A stretch of DNA of 62,961 nt, counting the filler, from Calcarisporiella thermophila CBS 279.70 (Eukaryota > Fungi > Calcarisporiellomycota), in the NCBI RefSeq assembly GCF_041956535.1. It is 5 parts of 5 records of this genome, joined end to end, with 100 filler letters (N's around TTAATTAATTAA, not from the genome) between each part and the next. Parts side by side here need not be neighbours in the genome. Positions count along the whole stretch, not along the records: positions 25,183 to 49,408 come from NW_027192193.1; positions 49,509 to 57,982 come from NW_027192208.1; 3 more parts are not named here. One strand, given 5' to 3'. Shown one piece after another: positions 36,300-50,080 of this stretch. The position numbers and the translations under genes are program-made. Numbering within the stretch: position 1 is the stretch's first letter; every line of letters starts with the position of its first letter. Below the pieces are notes generated by a model. The model was not told the origin of the DNA, ran no database searches, and saw nothing but the letters and a program-made list of their open reading frames with translations.

Positions 36300-36745
36300 T
36301 TTTCGAGCGAGGATTGATCGAGGACCGACCCCAAGGGTGGGATGAAAACTTTAACTAGGGCTGATCATCACCGAAAATGCCAGCCCTCCAATCCAAACCG
36401 TGGCCTTCTGATTGGTGCCCAACGCTTATCGCGAAGAGAGAGGAGCATGAGAAAGTGCGCAGAGGGACGGGCGGATGCAGCCATTGAATGGGGCTTGTTG
36501 CACCGACTTGGAGGCAATCTGGCGTGCAGATTGCGCTGGGCCACCACGCCAAAACCAGAACAGCTGCTACCGCTTCGGATCCTGCTCAGCGTCCCCGCAT
36601 ATCGAGCTCTCTTGCTTTTCCCAACTCGAATTGGTCCAGGGCGCTGCTGCTCCTCCCCTTGCCCCGTCCTCAGTGCGGCAAACAAGCCTTCTTCTGCATG
36701 GGCTCTGGATCCTCAAATTGTGCACGTCGTTTGTTCAGCTTGCGT
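36300..36745. repeat. GC-rich sequence homologous to 9060-9480
   Basis: Same collinear blocks as the 9060 feature. The conceptual minus-strand peptide contains stops. Confidence 0.6.
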
Positions 36746-37518
36746 GTTTTCTTGCCATCGAAAATCGAGCACACAGTTGCAGTGCAGCCATTCGCCACGA
36801 ACTCTCCCTTGGAATCCGATGGGGCACTCCGAAGATTTCAACGGAACCTCTTCTCCTGCCTCTCCAGAGCTTGCGCTAGTTGATAGACCCGGATAGCAGC
36901 CAGATAGCTGTGTCCAAGCAAGCTAAAAATGAATTAGCCCGTCGCTCGGCCCCTTGAATGGGATTTTAGTAAGCACTGGTGCTGGAATCCAAATAGGGCA
37001 GAGCATGAACTATGGAAAGATGTATAGGGTAAAGATGGTGTTTAACCCAGATATCGAAACAATGCCCATTGTCAATGTTTAAACAATCCAAACCAGCCAA
37101 AAAGTAGAATCCATGAGACGGCTAGGGTTACCGAGTGCACCAGAAGATAGGCACCGCGTTAATGGCTGCACAATTTCAGCTTTTCCATATCACTTTAAAG
37201 AGTTCCCCACCGAGATGGATGGGCCTATTTGGGTCGTCTTGCTACACAAAAAGTTGACTATGTCTTCATAGGCCACTAGTTGTACTTTGGAGCCTCTCTC
37301 CCATCCGTTTCGCTTGCAAACCCTACTTTTTCGACTCCATCTACATAGATTTTATTGGATTGAGACGGTAGTATTCATCGTTTCAATCGGGATTTTAAAT
37401 AAAGATGTTCCGCTCTCGATATCTATTTCAACTTCGCGCAACTAGATTTAGAGAGTATTTTAGAAATCCTTGATTCCCATTTTTAAGGACCGCGTTTTCC
37501 CCTATGTAAATCCGCCTA

Positions 37519-39261
37519 TTGCTAGATGCTCCAATGAATGCCGTACGCTTCACTACTGTGAATAATATAGCAGATGAAGCAGAAATCCATCAGCAAGGGT
37601 GTTCTAATCTTCGTGATTTTCTTTCGACTTCTGATGCTCAATACTTTCAACTCAACTCTTATACTGATCTACATCGTCTTCTTAGCGCTCAGTATATCAA
37701 GGATGGCATCTTACTACCAAAAAACTCTTTTTCCCCACAGATATATACATTAGCCACCAACACAAAGCATACAAACTACTGCTCTTACTTCAAGCTTCAA
37801 TCTCTCCCGCCACCAATTGAAGACAGCTTCTTTGGATGGTCGACAAAATCTATCACTACCAAAGAGAAACGGCTCATCGAGCAACTTTTTCATGTTTATT
37901 TGAGTACTTGCTGTATAGACTCTATACATCCAGATCACGAAAGATTTCTTGAAAGCTACTATTGCTGCGAACTCGACCCTGCACTTGTCCACACCGCGGT
38001 TGCAAGGGCAGCTATCCATTTATTGCTAAAACATCCGGAGGCGCCTCTTAGGAGTAAGCTCCGTGCGGCTGTAGGAAGCCTGCTAGCGCAGGCAAAACGG
38101 TCATTGGCAGAAGTATTTGATGTTCCAACTCCACAGGTTGTCCTTGCCTTTATAAATATGGATGCCTGTCTGCAAGAGCTGTCGCGTTATAAGGAAGCTT
38201 ATGCATTTTACTCGCAAGCCGTACGGATGGCATTCGCACTTCAGATGGACAGGGACGATTCTACAGAGAAGGATTCTGTCCAGCTAGAGTTTCGAAAAAG
38301 GATCTGGTAAAAACAGTCATTATCTGATAACTTAGGCTGCACCGTGTAGTACTGATCAATTAATACCATGTAAATTGAATATTTCCAAGGGCCGATGTTT
38401 GCATGCGCGAATTATTCTATGTATTTGATTGCGCCAAGCCGTCTCTAGTAAATATGAATATTATTAAATCGTCCCCCAAACCAACCGTAACGACGAGAGA
38501 TAGCGAGTCGTATAAGTTTGCATTAGTAATAACTGCAAAGAGTTCATTTTATCAAGTTAGCTGACTAGATATTTTAGATATGTTTATTACTGCAGATATC
38601 CACATTTTCTAGACTCTTGGAGCTACAAAACATTGATTGGTCCCTACCCGATGTCATGATCGTGCAAAAACTGGCTGGCCTTGCTGCACACTTACAAAAT
38701 GAACAAACTGAATATATTCCATACTGCGGGGAGGACGACAGGCAAAAATTTTTCCTCCCTATCCTAAATTATGATTTTTGGTCACAATGGTGTGCCCTTT
38801 GGCGACAGTTTATCAAGTCAGACGCACCTACAGGGAGATTGGAAACGAATTTGATGCAGCAACTGCGTGAAAAGGCATTCGACGAGTATGTCAAGGTAAA
38901 AATATTTTCTCGTAAATACTCGTTGATGGATGCTATAGCATTTCCACATGTCAATAATCAGGGTTTAATCCATTGTATAAGGTATTTTAAGTGGAAAATT
39001 AATGCCCAGATCAGATGCAAAACGCGATCTCTTATAGCAGCACATACTGTTTGCGAAAATGTTAAATTCATGGCTCAAATGCACCCGTGTGTTCGGGTAC
39101 GACGCAAGATATTCCAGGAGCTTATTAAAATATTAAATATGCTACAATCAACGGAAAATAGAGGAATATTAACGCAACTACTTACTTGGCAATTTTTGGA
39201 TGTGCTAGAAGAGATTAAACCAGTCGTATTTTCAAAGGAACTGCTGGAACGTACAGCCTAA
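37519..39261 (+). CDS. Fungal-specific transcription factor domain protein (Fungal_trans/MHR), multi-exon; 5' end uncertain
   Basis: YLSTC...HERFL, AYAFYSQAVRMAFALQMDR, EFRKRIW|W pattern, with GT-AG introns after 38306. No Zn2Cys6 motif found upstream. Confidence 0.72.
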
Positions 39262-40596
39262 AAACAAAGCAGGAAAAATAAGCAATTGAAAATATATATA
39301 TTTTGGAATGATTGAATTTTACTGTAGTTTTTCTTTTATCACATTGCTAATGTTACAAGCGGCGAAAAGTGCTGCATGCTTTATAGAATTGATCGCCGGT
39401 GCCGATGTGGATTGCGAACAGACAATCGATAGTTTAAAATGCTTGTAATGAAAAATGCTCGATGGTTTATTTTATAAGGCGTCCATCAAAAAATCTGACC
39501 CACTATAATACACTATATTACATTATAGTATACTAAATAGATGAATCTTTTCTTTCCAGTTCTTCAAACCAGTTTGCTAATTATCTTTACACCAATACAA
39601 ATGCTGAAATGAGTTATAATTGCACCTTTCAAAAAGGGGTTAGTAGCTGTAACAGGAAAATAAGCGATGTGTATTAAATGAAATAACTCAACGTAGCATG
39701 CTAGACTCATCTTTTGCTTTCAAAAATAGTGACCTCTATTCCCATATATTTACAAAGGAATTGATTCAGGATAAGCGTAGTAAAAATTGATTGGAAATAA
39801 GGGAGTAAACTATTCGAATTTGAAAGCATTTTTAACTTCGTCCTCGTTAGAGACGATTGTAGATTTGAGGTTTACTCATTTTCATAAAGTTAGGATTGCA
39901 TACGAAGGACGATATTTGCTTTGATTAATACTCGAAGGAGCATGAATCCAAAGCTGTTGGATGGGTTCGAGTGAGGGAAATAAATTTGGATATGTGGAGT
40001 TAGGACAGTTAAAACTTTGATTCTATCTTTTTGAATAATTTCAAATTTTTTATCTACTCGTGCTTGTGAAATTCAATAGTTATATATTTAAACAAAGTTA
40101 AGCAATGCACAGTTAATTGCCACATTCAACCGAAATTTCTCTAAACTTACAAGGTCTCAAAAATATTTTATAATTTTTCTTTAGACGCGCGATATTAGAA
40201 TAAGATAGATGCAATGAGAAGACATAGTAATAGAAGAACTCCGTCAATGCTGTAAATACTGCATGCTGTCGTCAGCTAGTAGTTTTGTATATCTATTTAT
40301 TTTAGATATTATCGTAGCTTTGCTATTACAGTATAGTAGAGACAATCCAAGCATAATTGAATTACTGTAGATATTGGATTGGTAAGCGTCTGTCTATCTA
40401 TTCCTCGGGGGGGGGGGGGGGAGGAGGTTAAGTTCATAATCAACCTGATATTTTTCATCGTTAAATAGGGTTTGTGATGAATTGATGTGATCTTGAATCT
40501 TTTAATGTCTTAATGTTCAAACAAGCTAGGTTAACAAAAATGGAATTCAAAATTTATCGAGAACTATGTACCAAATGAAAACAATTATTTCCTCTT

Positions 40597-43248
40597 TTAC
40601 CAAATCGCACATTTCTTTTTCGGATTCATTCTGGTACCTATTGGACAATTCCAAGCTCGTGCAAATTCTGCCGAGTTCATCACTACGCCGTTAGCTCGGA
40701 ACTCTCCAGGAGAATGCTCGTCCGTAAGCACTTGGCGCAGCAGCATCTCTGGAGTGGAGTAACCGCAGAAAAATCGAACACCTGATATGAAGAACAGTTG
40801 TTCAGGGGTATAATGATCTAGCCCAGGCAATAGATTGTCCTTCCGGTTAGTTTTGGAGAGGTTTTTCCATGCCAAATATGACTGTAGCCTCCCTCCGTTA
40901 TCTGCGATGTCCTCACTGAGTGTATTTCGGCTGTCTAGAGCAACAAAACTACCGTTAGGAGCCGGAATAGTAAATTTAGAGTATTGATCAACGAAGCATT
41001 GTGCTTTCTTCTCGAAATTATGTGATGCTTCTTCGCTCCACCAGTCACGCACTGCGCCTTGACCATCATATTTTCGGCCCATATTATCAAACCCATGCTA
41101 TTACGTGTAGGTGCATTAATATATTTTCCATGCTAAAACAATCAAAACTGCCACTTCAATACATACTGTAAACTCGTGTCCAATCACTGTCCCAATAGCA
41201 CCATAGTTGATGTAAGACGGTAATTCAACATGGAAGTAAGGTGGCTGTGCAATCCCAGACGGTATGGCTAGGTGAGCTAAACTCGGTCCCTAAAATACAT
41301 CCCAAAGACTTGTGGTTAAAAAACTAATATCTTGTTAATGTCCAAAAAAGAATCCTCTCACATAATATGCGCTAACCCTGTAGGAAGTCATTTCCCAAAC
41401 ATACCTGTCTGGTGTCTTTCCCAATAACTGTGTAAACTTAGCAAACTTAAATCTTCTTCCTTCAATACCTGTATCCAGATAATCCAAAAGTTTTGCTGAG
41501 AAATTAGAATGGTATCTCTGCAAATCGCCTGGAGACATCACGTTGGGAGACTTCGTTGGGTATCCAGCCATTACCATAAGTTCTTTTGCTTTTTTAACTG
41601 CATTTGTACGTGTCATATCATCAAGCCAATCAAGTTGTTGAAGGTTTTGAGTAAACGCTTCACGGATATTTTCAAGCATCTCCATAAGAGCGTGTTTGCC
41701 ATTGGGACCAAAACGTCTTAAGGCAAAAAAACGAGCGGGAATATGCCATAATAAATTGCTCACCTCAGCAATGCAAGCGCGCCAGCGTGGTGAATCTGAC
41801 TGTGTCTTCGTTCCAGATAGCATATTGTGTAGCTTGCGCAGAGGTTGTCTATGTTTCTCGGGGAGGTAATTCTCATATTCGATAATTGCTTGCCAAAGCA
41901 AGAATGCCTGTAGAATTGGATCAGGTGTATTTGCAACAATTGAGGAAAGATTGCCGACATATTCCGGCCAACCCACCACGATATCCTCATTTACAGCTGC
42001 GCTACTATCACTAGAATAGAAATGTTGAAAATAATCGTCCCAATCAAGCATAGGGGCAAGCCGTTGAAGTGATGTGATATTCATAAGGTTATAGGACAGA
42101 CTAGGATCCTCTCGCAGCTGCCTAAAAGTAAAATCAACAAATTATTTGTGAACAATTTATGAAAAAAAAAAAATATCAATCCTCACGGTGGTAGATAATG
42201 CTCCATCAGCCGCTTTTCAAATTCAATAATTTTCTTTGATATAATCCCCCAAACTTTCCGGTCATACTTATTATCCGAATCAGGCCATATCATCACATCC
42301 TCTGCAATTCTTGAAAATGTTTCTGAAATTGCAACGCTATATGCAGTTACCATGGTCTCATTTTGGTAGTACGTTAATGCCGGCATCCCAAGCTCCGGTT
42401 GAGTAAGCCACAACCTGGCCATTTTTACATCCATCCAGAGCTTATGTTTGAATAGGGCATTGATTCCGTAATTAGCTAATAAACCTAGAGTGGACCCCAA
42501 TCTATACTTCGCACTTCTATCGTCAGCAACAATGCTGCTCTCTACTCTTCCACCAAAGTAGTCTGGTAACGGGCGAGGGAGGGGAAATCCTTCCAATACA
42601 AAATTCAGTACGGTAAGTATTTTTCCTGCCCCTTCTTCATTAGGGGCGCCACCCATACAAACATCATAAACCATTTTGGCCTTTCCAAATACTTCTCTAT
42701 CATTATGTTCTTCGTCTTCTGTTAACTTCCCGACACCTATATTATCATAATCACCTTCTAAGATGTCTCGAATTACGAGAAGATTCTCTTCCTGTACTTT
42801 ATCCCTCCCAGTCCATTCGGGTAAGTCGAGAGAGATATGGTGATGCTCTTTAAATCTTCCACATACGAAATTATAAAAGTTGTCACATGGTGAGACAGAG
42901 GAATTGATGTCTCGGAGAATACCCGCCGCAGTCTCAAGGCAGACAGGTTCTGTGCAATAATTCTGATAATTTTATAATTACATTTGTGAGCATTTACGAT
43001 AATAGTATTTATCAACACTGGTACTTCACTTTTGCAAATTTGTGCGGAAATCTTGAGTGGAATAAGTTGAAAATCCCAAGCAGGGCCAATGCAAGCACAA
43101 CTATTTGAAATATTACCAAGCATCTTTGCTTTGGTTGATGGTAATGTACATTTTTAAGATGATCTTTGTGTATTTTCCTAACTTGCCTCATCGTAAATTT
43201 CGAAGGAAGGAAATCTCTTGGCTGCTCTATGAAGCCTTCATAATTCAC
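40597..43248 (-). CDS. M13 (neprilysin/endothelin-converting enzyme) metallopeptidase, type II membrane, multi-exon
   Basis: N-terminal TM, CTEPVC, SPCDNFYNFVCG, NYGAIGTVIGHEFT|HGFD (HExxH), EDIADNGG, HSPGEFRANG, CPIGTRMNPKKKCAIW. Start codon uncertain. Confidence 0.93.
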
Positions 43249-44508
43249 TTTCAGCCTAACCTAAGTAAAATGCCTGTTACAATCTCCGAGAAGCTTTCCA
43301 GCTCCGAGCCAATCAGGTGCCGGCATATATTTTGACGAAGTACATCACAAATATTTGGCAAAATGTTGAAGCGCCTCGTGACAATGTATTAGAAGGCTGT
43401 ACAATGTGTAGCTTTGCAACTGGAATACAGCAATTGGGCAAATAAACTTGCTTGTCAGTGTAGCTCTGTCTCCATTAAACTCGCCGAGAATATAGCTCCA
43501 GTGCACTTGTGATTGAGCTCCGAGCCTTTGTCTTAATTCAAACTACATCCATTAGCGAGTCTTACCGCAAATATTCCTACCCTAAGTGAGCCACTATCCT
43601 ATGCAACCGCGTTATATCTATCTTTTTTGCACAAATTTCAATCATCTAAGCCACTCCAACATACTTTTAGGAAACTCTCGATATTACAGCTAGCATTTAC
43701 TGTCGTAGAAACCAATCGAACTTGAACTAAACTAATTATAAAATCTAACGGTTTGTTTTCAAATATTTCTCTTTATATTGATATTTACACCCTATAACAT
43801 ATGAAAAAAAAACTCCCAGAGGTTGTCAAATTGAGAATTGTTTCCTTTGGTAGGAGTGTTTTACATACTAAGAAGCTTTTGCACGCACTATAAACTAATA
43901 GGATAGAATCCTTTTAAATCTGAAATATAGATTCGATCATATGATATCCTGAACAGTTTTAAAGTGAGGACAATCCTCTACCCCACCCGGTTTATGCTTC
44001 TTATCCAGCTCAAAAGGTTTGAAAATGGTGGTTTGAAAAAAATGGAAAAAAGAGGAAATAGAGTGGAAGGTTTAGAGCTGGGTTGAAGATTTTGGGTAGA
44101 CATATATTTAAGAGTGTAAACTATCTAACCCCCCTTACACTACAAAATTAATGATCCGAGAAGAACACTGTGATTATTTTATAAAAAACATAACGAGAAA
44201 ATTCCTGTTTTAAAACAGATGAATAAATTTTGGGTCTCTCGCGACAAAATTAAACTTACAGCGATAAAGGTTTAGTTAAGAGTATTAATCGGACTAAATT
44301 TAGACTTAATTTTCTTATTAAAGTTCGAGAAGAATACTTGTAGTCTGGTGGTTTAAAATACTTGAGATATTCCCTTATTTCATCTCTACTCTCTAACATA
44401 TATAGATTGTGATTTTCTGTAAGTGACTTGACATTAATATGCAAAGTGTAGTAGGATGGTATAATATTAAAAAATTTAAAAAAAAACCACAAATACATTG
44501 ATATATTA

Positions 44509-45270
44509 TCATAAATCACCCTTAATTGCGCTTACAAGAGCCAATTCATACTTAGGCGGAGGAGTATCATGCGAAACATACATCGGCAGTGGCTCGTTCG
44601 TTATCCCCTCTTCGCTCATATTTTGATAACTGTCAGAACAAATCGTTGCAATATAGGGTGGTAGTCTATTAGCATCTTGGATAGCCAGATGTCTAGATCT
44701 CGTCCCTTTACATGGAAGAATTACCGGCAAAATTAGACCAAGGGCAACTAAAGCCACAATGCATCCGAAAACAAGTGCAAACAGCCCAACATTAACGTTG
44801 TAATAACTTTTGTTGGGGTTGAGGGGATCTATGTTGTCTTCAATTATGTCAGGGATAAGAGTGCTTGATGGTCGCTCAGTTGCCGTGAGAAAGAGCGAGC
44901 GAGTGGTGCTGAGGGCGGTAGGGTCAATGTGAGACGTTTTGAATAGTTCTGGCTCACTGGTTTTTACCACCTCCTGTGGTACTTGTGTTTTACCGTCCAG
45001 ACCGCTTGCCAAATTCTTTTCACGATAATCTACTTCTATATATGAATCCTCTAGGGGCTCTTTCTGATTTGATGTCTCCATATAACGAAGTCTTTTTTCT
45101 TCCGATGGACAAGTATTGAAAGGGTAATGGTTATTTATGACGGTTGTCCTAACTTCATCGGCATGAACATGGGATATCCCATCAAGCATAAATATCAACT
45201 TATATGAGTTGTTCAAAAGTATTTGAGAGGAAAAAAGGAGGAAGAGCTGAAAAAGTGCTGGCATATACAT
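44509..45270 (-). CDS. Single-pass membrane protein with cytosolic PY motifs
   Basis: Hydrophobic N-terminus, S/T-rich stalk, TM (VGLFALVFGCIVALVALGLILPVIL), then LPPY, LPMY and PPPKY. Confidence 0.75.
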   Translation of the reverse strand: MYMPALFQLFLLFSSQILLNNSYKLIFMLDGISHVHADEVRTTVINNHYPFNTCPSEEKRLRYMETSNQKEPLEDSYIEVDYREKNLASGLDGKTQVPQEVVKTSEPELFKTSHIDPTALSTTRSLFLTATERPSSTLIPDIIEDNIDPLNPNKSYYNVNVGLFALVFGCIVALVALGLILPVILPCKGTRSRHLAIQDANRLPPYIATICSDSYQNMSEEGITNEPLPMYVSHDTPPPKYELALVSAIKGDL

Positions 45271-47244
45271 ATCGATTTAACAGGATGTCGTACTTAATAT
45301 GGTGAATTCTATGGAAACTAAATTGATATTGGTTGTAGCATCTAAGACGCCGTTGGTGTACGCAAACGCAATTATGTAGACCGCCGAGTCACTATCTTCC
45401 AGGACCGCAACCCTACCAAATTCTGTGGTTATTATATATCAAGCTTGAATTACAAGTTTAGTGCAATATTAGATAGAATAGGAAGAGATATTGATTAAAT
45501 AAAATAAAACTAAAACAATATGAAATATATTTTCCACAGAGATAAAAAGATATCGCTATTTATTGCTTTTTTATTTCGCGATACGAATGCCAACCTACCT
45601 AAACTAACGTATTTTTCTTCTACTAGGTATTAGTAATTATGAAATTTAATTCAGTCTATCATAGAACATTCCATCCGCTCGAAGCAATTCCACTTGATGC
45701 TGACCTATTGTGTTCATATCCAATATATGTAATACAACGATTCAATGGTAATGCAAGGTGTTGGTTTGGATATTGTTCTATGTTAATGTATAGAGTCAAT
45801 ATCTTACCAATGAAAAAGAGTGTAAAGTCTAATATCGCCATATTTCCACAAATTTTCAAAGAGCGTAGTGTAGTGATTGATATTTCTTTGCTTGATTAGA
45901 TGAAGCATTATCTATTGGTAAATATGCGAAAGGAGGTTTTTATTGTGAGCACCAAAAATATCTTGTATAATCGTTGCCTTGATGGTTTGGTGTAACGTGT
46001 CTCTAAACATGTCTAGAAGAAATTATAACTTTATTGATCGGATCTCAAAGAGGTTCGTTCTCTTAGTCGTATGGGTATGTAATGTAGGCATTCCTTATAG
46101 GCACCGCTAGTTTAAGCGGAGAATTTACCATTTTATTTAGCGATTTCAGGGCTCAGCTTTCAATTAGCTATTATTTTCTGACTGATTATTTTGGGCTGAA
46201 ACAAATGTAGTCGAATAATCCTCTTAGTGCATAATATCTAAAGGGTCGTCAACGTATCATAGTTATAGTAGCTCTTGAATTAGATACACTATTATATTTA
46301 CTGAAAAAAATCTAATACGATGCGGTTGAACCATGAAAAAAATATTTTTCACTCTCCGAAAGTTTCTGCTCAATATATGGTAGGTGGAATAACCATATTA
46401 TTGTCGAAAAATCTGTAACATCGTGAAAAATATGTGACGTAAAGGGCTGTTTTAAGCTTAGATTCTAAGCTTAAGTGAAAGGTTTAGTAAAATGTGGTAT
46501 TTGTAAGTTTATTAGTACATGTTATATGCCAAGTTAACATTTGCATAGGCTCTTAATTTGTGCTACTATTAAGCTGTTTATAATCTGACTAGTTATAGAA
46601 CTACAGCATGTATACTAAATAATAGATGGTGGAGCACCTGCACCATTAACAAATTTTAGATTTGAAATATCTCCAACCGATTCAATGGCCCAGTGCATAA
46701 AAGCAGAGAAGGGAAGGGGAAAAACAAATGGTTCTATTATTATAAAATATTTAAATATATGAACAAAACTTTTAGCGCCGAATTTTGGCATTTAACCAAT
46801 AGGCCATCAGATATGTGGTTTAGATATATGATATGATTCTAATATGATAAAAGATCAAATAATACAATATAATGGATACTATGAAAATTTTCCAACATTA
46901 GTTCAGCCTCCACCTTATAGTTTTTAATGTTGGCATTGATGTAACTTTTTATCTGAATTTTTTTGTAATATGTCAATTGAGAAATAGCTCTTAAATGTAC
47001 ACTAGCTTCCACTTGGCAAATCACTTTTTACTAGTTATTCTTTTCAAACAAAAATTAAAATGAAAAAATATTTCTTTGTTATACTTTTATTTGTTCAACT
47101 CTACTGCACGCAGTGCATATATTATATGAAAATAAATAATGAAAAAATTTATTGAAAGTATTCTATATTCTCTATTTCACCCTCTATATAAGAGATTGAG
47201 AAGTATGGCAGCCCTGCTATTGCTGTTGATAGATTATATTGCTC

Positions 47245-48042
47245 TTATTCTCTGGCAATATTCTCCTCAATCCAGCTCCGATATTTCGCTACGCTAATAT
47301 CTGAATCATGTTGACTATGCACTCCTATAAGAACGGGCTTGCCATTTTCACGTAGAAACGAGGGACCGCCAGAATCACCTTTGCGAAATCCTGATAGCAC
47401 ACTTTGCCCTGATACAACTACTTCTTTTTCATTGAGAATAACCTTGCCGTCTCTGTTGTAAAAAGCGATACTATTCTCTGTCGATAGTGCATATTTTCGA
47501 TTTTCATTATATCCCGGTATTTTACTCGCACCAAAGCCAGCTACAATCAAAGGAGTACCCTTTTGATATTCGCGAGTAGCCAACGAAGGGAATACTTCGC
47601 TTTCGTAGGTACCATTTATCCGCAACAATGCAATATCGTGCAAATTATCTGACGAAAAAACCGTGTATTCTGGATGATCTATTGTACGCATCACCGTGTA
47701 AATAGTACCATTTGCACTCGATACTAGTAGTCTTTCTGGGGCATCTGAACAATGGGCTGCGGTCAAGGCGAAACGTTCATTGATCATCGATGCAGTGCAT
47801 GTCATAGCTTTATTCTCACTATGTAAAATTTTGACTATCCAGGCATCTGAAATCGGCTCACCATAATTTATTCTCTTATTCAGTGAATTGCCAGTAGAAT
47901 CCACCGTAAGAGTATCATCTGCTGAGCCAGATCCCGAAGGGGTTATTCTGTATTTGTCATCCGGGGATGGAACACTCTTAGATTGAGGTCGAATCACTGA
48001 GGCAGCGACGACACAAACAAGCGAGAGCAATATGAACTTCAT
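47245..48042 (-). CDS. Secreted S1 (trypsin-fold) serine protease
   Basis: Signal MKFILLSLVCVVAA, propeptide ending KR|INYG, catalytic triad TAAHC / HDIALL / GDSGGP. Confidence 0.92.
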   Translation of the reverse strand: MKFILLSLVCVVAASVIRPQSKSVPSPDDKYRITPSGSGSADDTLTVDSTGNSLNKRINYGEPISDAWIVKILHSENKAMTCTASMINERFALTAAHCSDAPERLLVSSANGTIYTVMRTIDHPEYTVFSSDNLHDIALLRINGTYESEVFPSLATREYQKGTPLIVAGFGASKIPGYNENRKYALSTENSIAFYNRDGKVILNEKEVVVSGQSVLSGFRKGDSGGPSFLRENGKPVLIGVHSQHDSDISVAKYRSWIEENIARE

Positions 48043-49408
48043 GATAGCAATTTTAGTAGAATATATTTTGAAGTTATAAGAATCTGAAGAGATTATGTGA
48101 ATGAAGAATATACAGTATTTCACAACAGAAACCGAGATCTATGCATATTTATGTTGCAAACGAGTCAAGACGGATCTTTCAAAAAACATCACATCATTCT
48201 ATGCCGAAAATCCATTCCCAACGGTTGAACCATTCAAATGCATTTTGATATGACATATGGTCTGAAAAATACGAAAGAAACGATTTTGTTGGTGACAAGA
48301 TCAATTATTAATACAAGTAGGAAACATTAAAGTTAGTTGCGCGTACTTTGTTAAATATTGCTAGATTGAATAATTACGCTAACATTATACTACTGAACTT
48401 TCTTGGACTCAGTGAAACGTTAGTTTGAATATTTTTCACTAAATTACGACTACGGAGTCGAAAATATGCTTCCAATAAAGCATCGTTATTATTTAAACAA
48501 TAAGCTTATTGGATAACTAAGACTCATTAGCTTACTGTAGTAGTGATCATTAGTGTAACTTAGGTCATTTTCAATATCACCAATTAGATCCCATTCTATT
48601 CACTTCAACCCGTAACCACACTGGGTTGCATAACCAATCACAGTTTTAGCAAACGTTAAAACATCGAGCTATTTCATTTCATTGAAATCGCTAGAATATA
48701 CTATTTATGATTCTGCGATGTAAATAATCTGAAGAGAATCGCTGATTTTTATTAGTCTGAATATAACGCTATCATATACGCACACTTTTATTGTTATCTC
48801 ATTTATATTTATTTTACTTCTTGCTGCATAGATAATAATCAACCGAGTGAATAGATTTGAAGCATCTTTTTTAACTTCCGACATGTCCAAAGTTTGGAAA
48901 TTAAAATGTCCAACTTAAGAATAATGAAACTCAGTATTGGCCGAATCAATACAATACATGATTGCTCCGATGCTCTTATCTAAGTCAGGGAACCTAACAC
49001 ACTGGAGTTTTGAAAATGTTACAGTGCAAAATTAAGCCATTGATTGTGACTACTCTCGATCGTTGCGACTAAAATTCCAAGCTTCTTGAGAACTATTAAA
49101 GATTTCGTGAGTATATTGTACATATTCGAGGCCTATTAATCAGGCTCTTTCTTATTATTGTAATAAATGCTTCTCAAAAATATAAGCCTAAGCCATCAGC
49201 GCTCATATGAATGCATTCAGCATTATATTAGTTTGAGTTGAAATATGTTGGAGAACGACCAGGCATGATCTAAGTCTGGATAGTTGTTGTGTTACGACGG
49301 TTATTTCATACTTATACAAATATGTATAAGCAAGTATCTTATCATCATTATTAGTCATCATCTCCTATTCTATCATATATATAGGATGTGCTTTCTCTCT
49401 TGAATTCC

Positions 49409-49508
49409 NNNNNNNNNNNNNNNNNNNNNNNNNNNNNNNNNNNNNNNNNNNNTTAATTAATTAANNNNNNNNNNNNNNNNNNNNNNNNNNNNNNNNNNNN
49501 NNNNNNNN
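49409..49508. other. Assembly gap with artificial linker
   Basis: 44 N + TTAATTAATTAA + 44 N. Confidence 0.98.
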
Positions 49509-49510
49509 TG

Positions 49511-50080
49511 TTACAGGTGGACCGGTATTGTTAAGTATGCATTGCTCAGATCGACCTTGATCAGGTAGTCCCCCGGTTGGATCATGTCCCGTATGGTTGG
49601 CAATCCCTCCATCTTGAAATGTTGGTACTGCACATATCGATTTATCCGTCGTAGGTCTAGGAGTGGCCGGATCTTTGTTTTTTCTCGTTTTGGAAAGAGG
49701 TTGGACAGAAAGCCGTTTGCCTTTGGACTCGCCTTTTCTATTACGTCGTCTCTTATGAATTCTTCCACTGCTTTGTCTAGTGCCTGTAGGTCGTGGTTTG
49801 ATAGGTGAAATTGACTTACTGGCTCCTCGGGTGGTAATTTTTCGAATTGTATTCTCACCCCCTCTTGAATAGTCATAGTACTCCAGCTCTTGCCAATTCG
49901 TTTTTCCCATTCTTTGGCGAAGTGCTGTGTTCTTCCTCCCGGAGGGATGCTTGCCTCTAATTCCCGGGGAATCTGTTGAGTTGACTCGAGCTCGTGTTGG
50001 TTGGGTTGCTCGGTGCATTGTTGTAGTTGGCGTTGGAATTGTTGTCGTAACGCTGGTTTCTGGGGCTCCTCTGCCCCCAA
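49511..50080 (-). CDS. DIRS reverse transcriptase (N-terminal part, cut at the contig end)
   Basis: PPGGRTQHFAKEW, FLSNLFPKREK..RPLLDLRRIN, HFKMEGL, KVDLSNAYLTIPV. Confidence 0.92.
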   Translation of the reverse strand: MGAEEPQKPALRQQFQRQLQQCTEQPNQHELESTQQIPRELEASIPPGGRTQHFAKEWEKRIGKSWSTMTIQEGVRIQFEKLPPEEPVSQFHLSNHDLQALDKAVEEFIRDDVIEKASPKANGFLSNLFPKREKTKIRPLLDLRRINRYVQYQHFKMEGLPTIRDMIQPGDYLIKVDLSNAYLTIPVHL

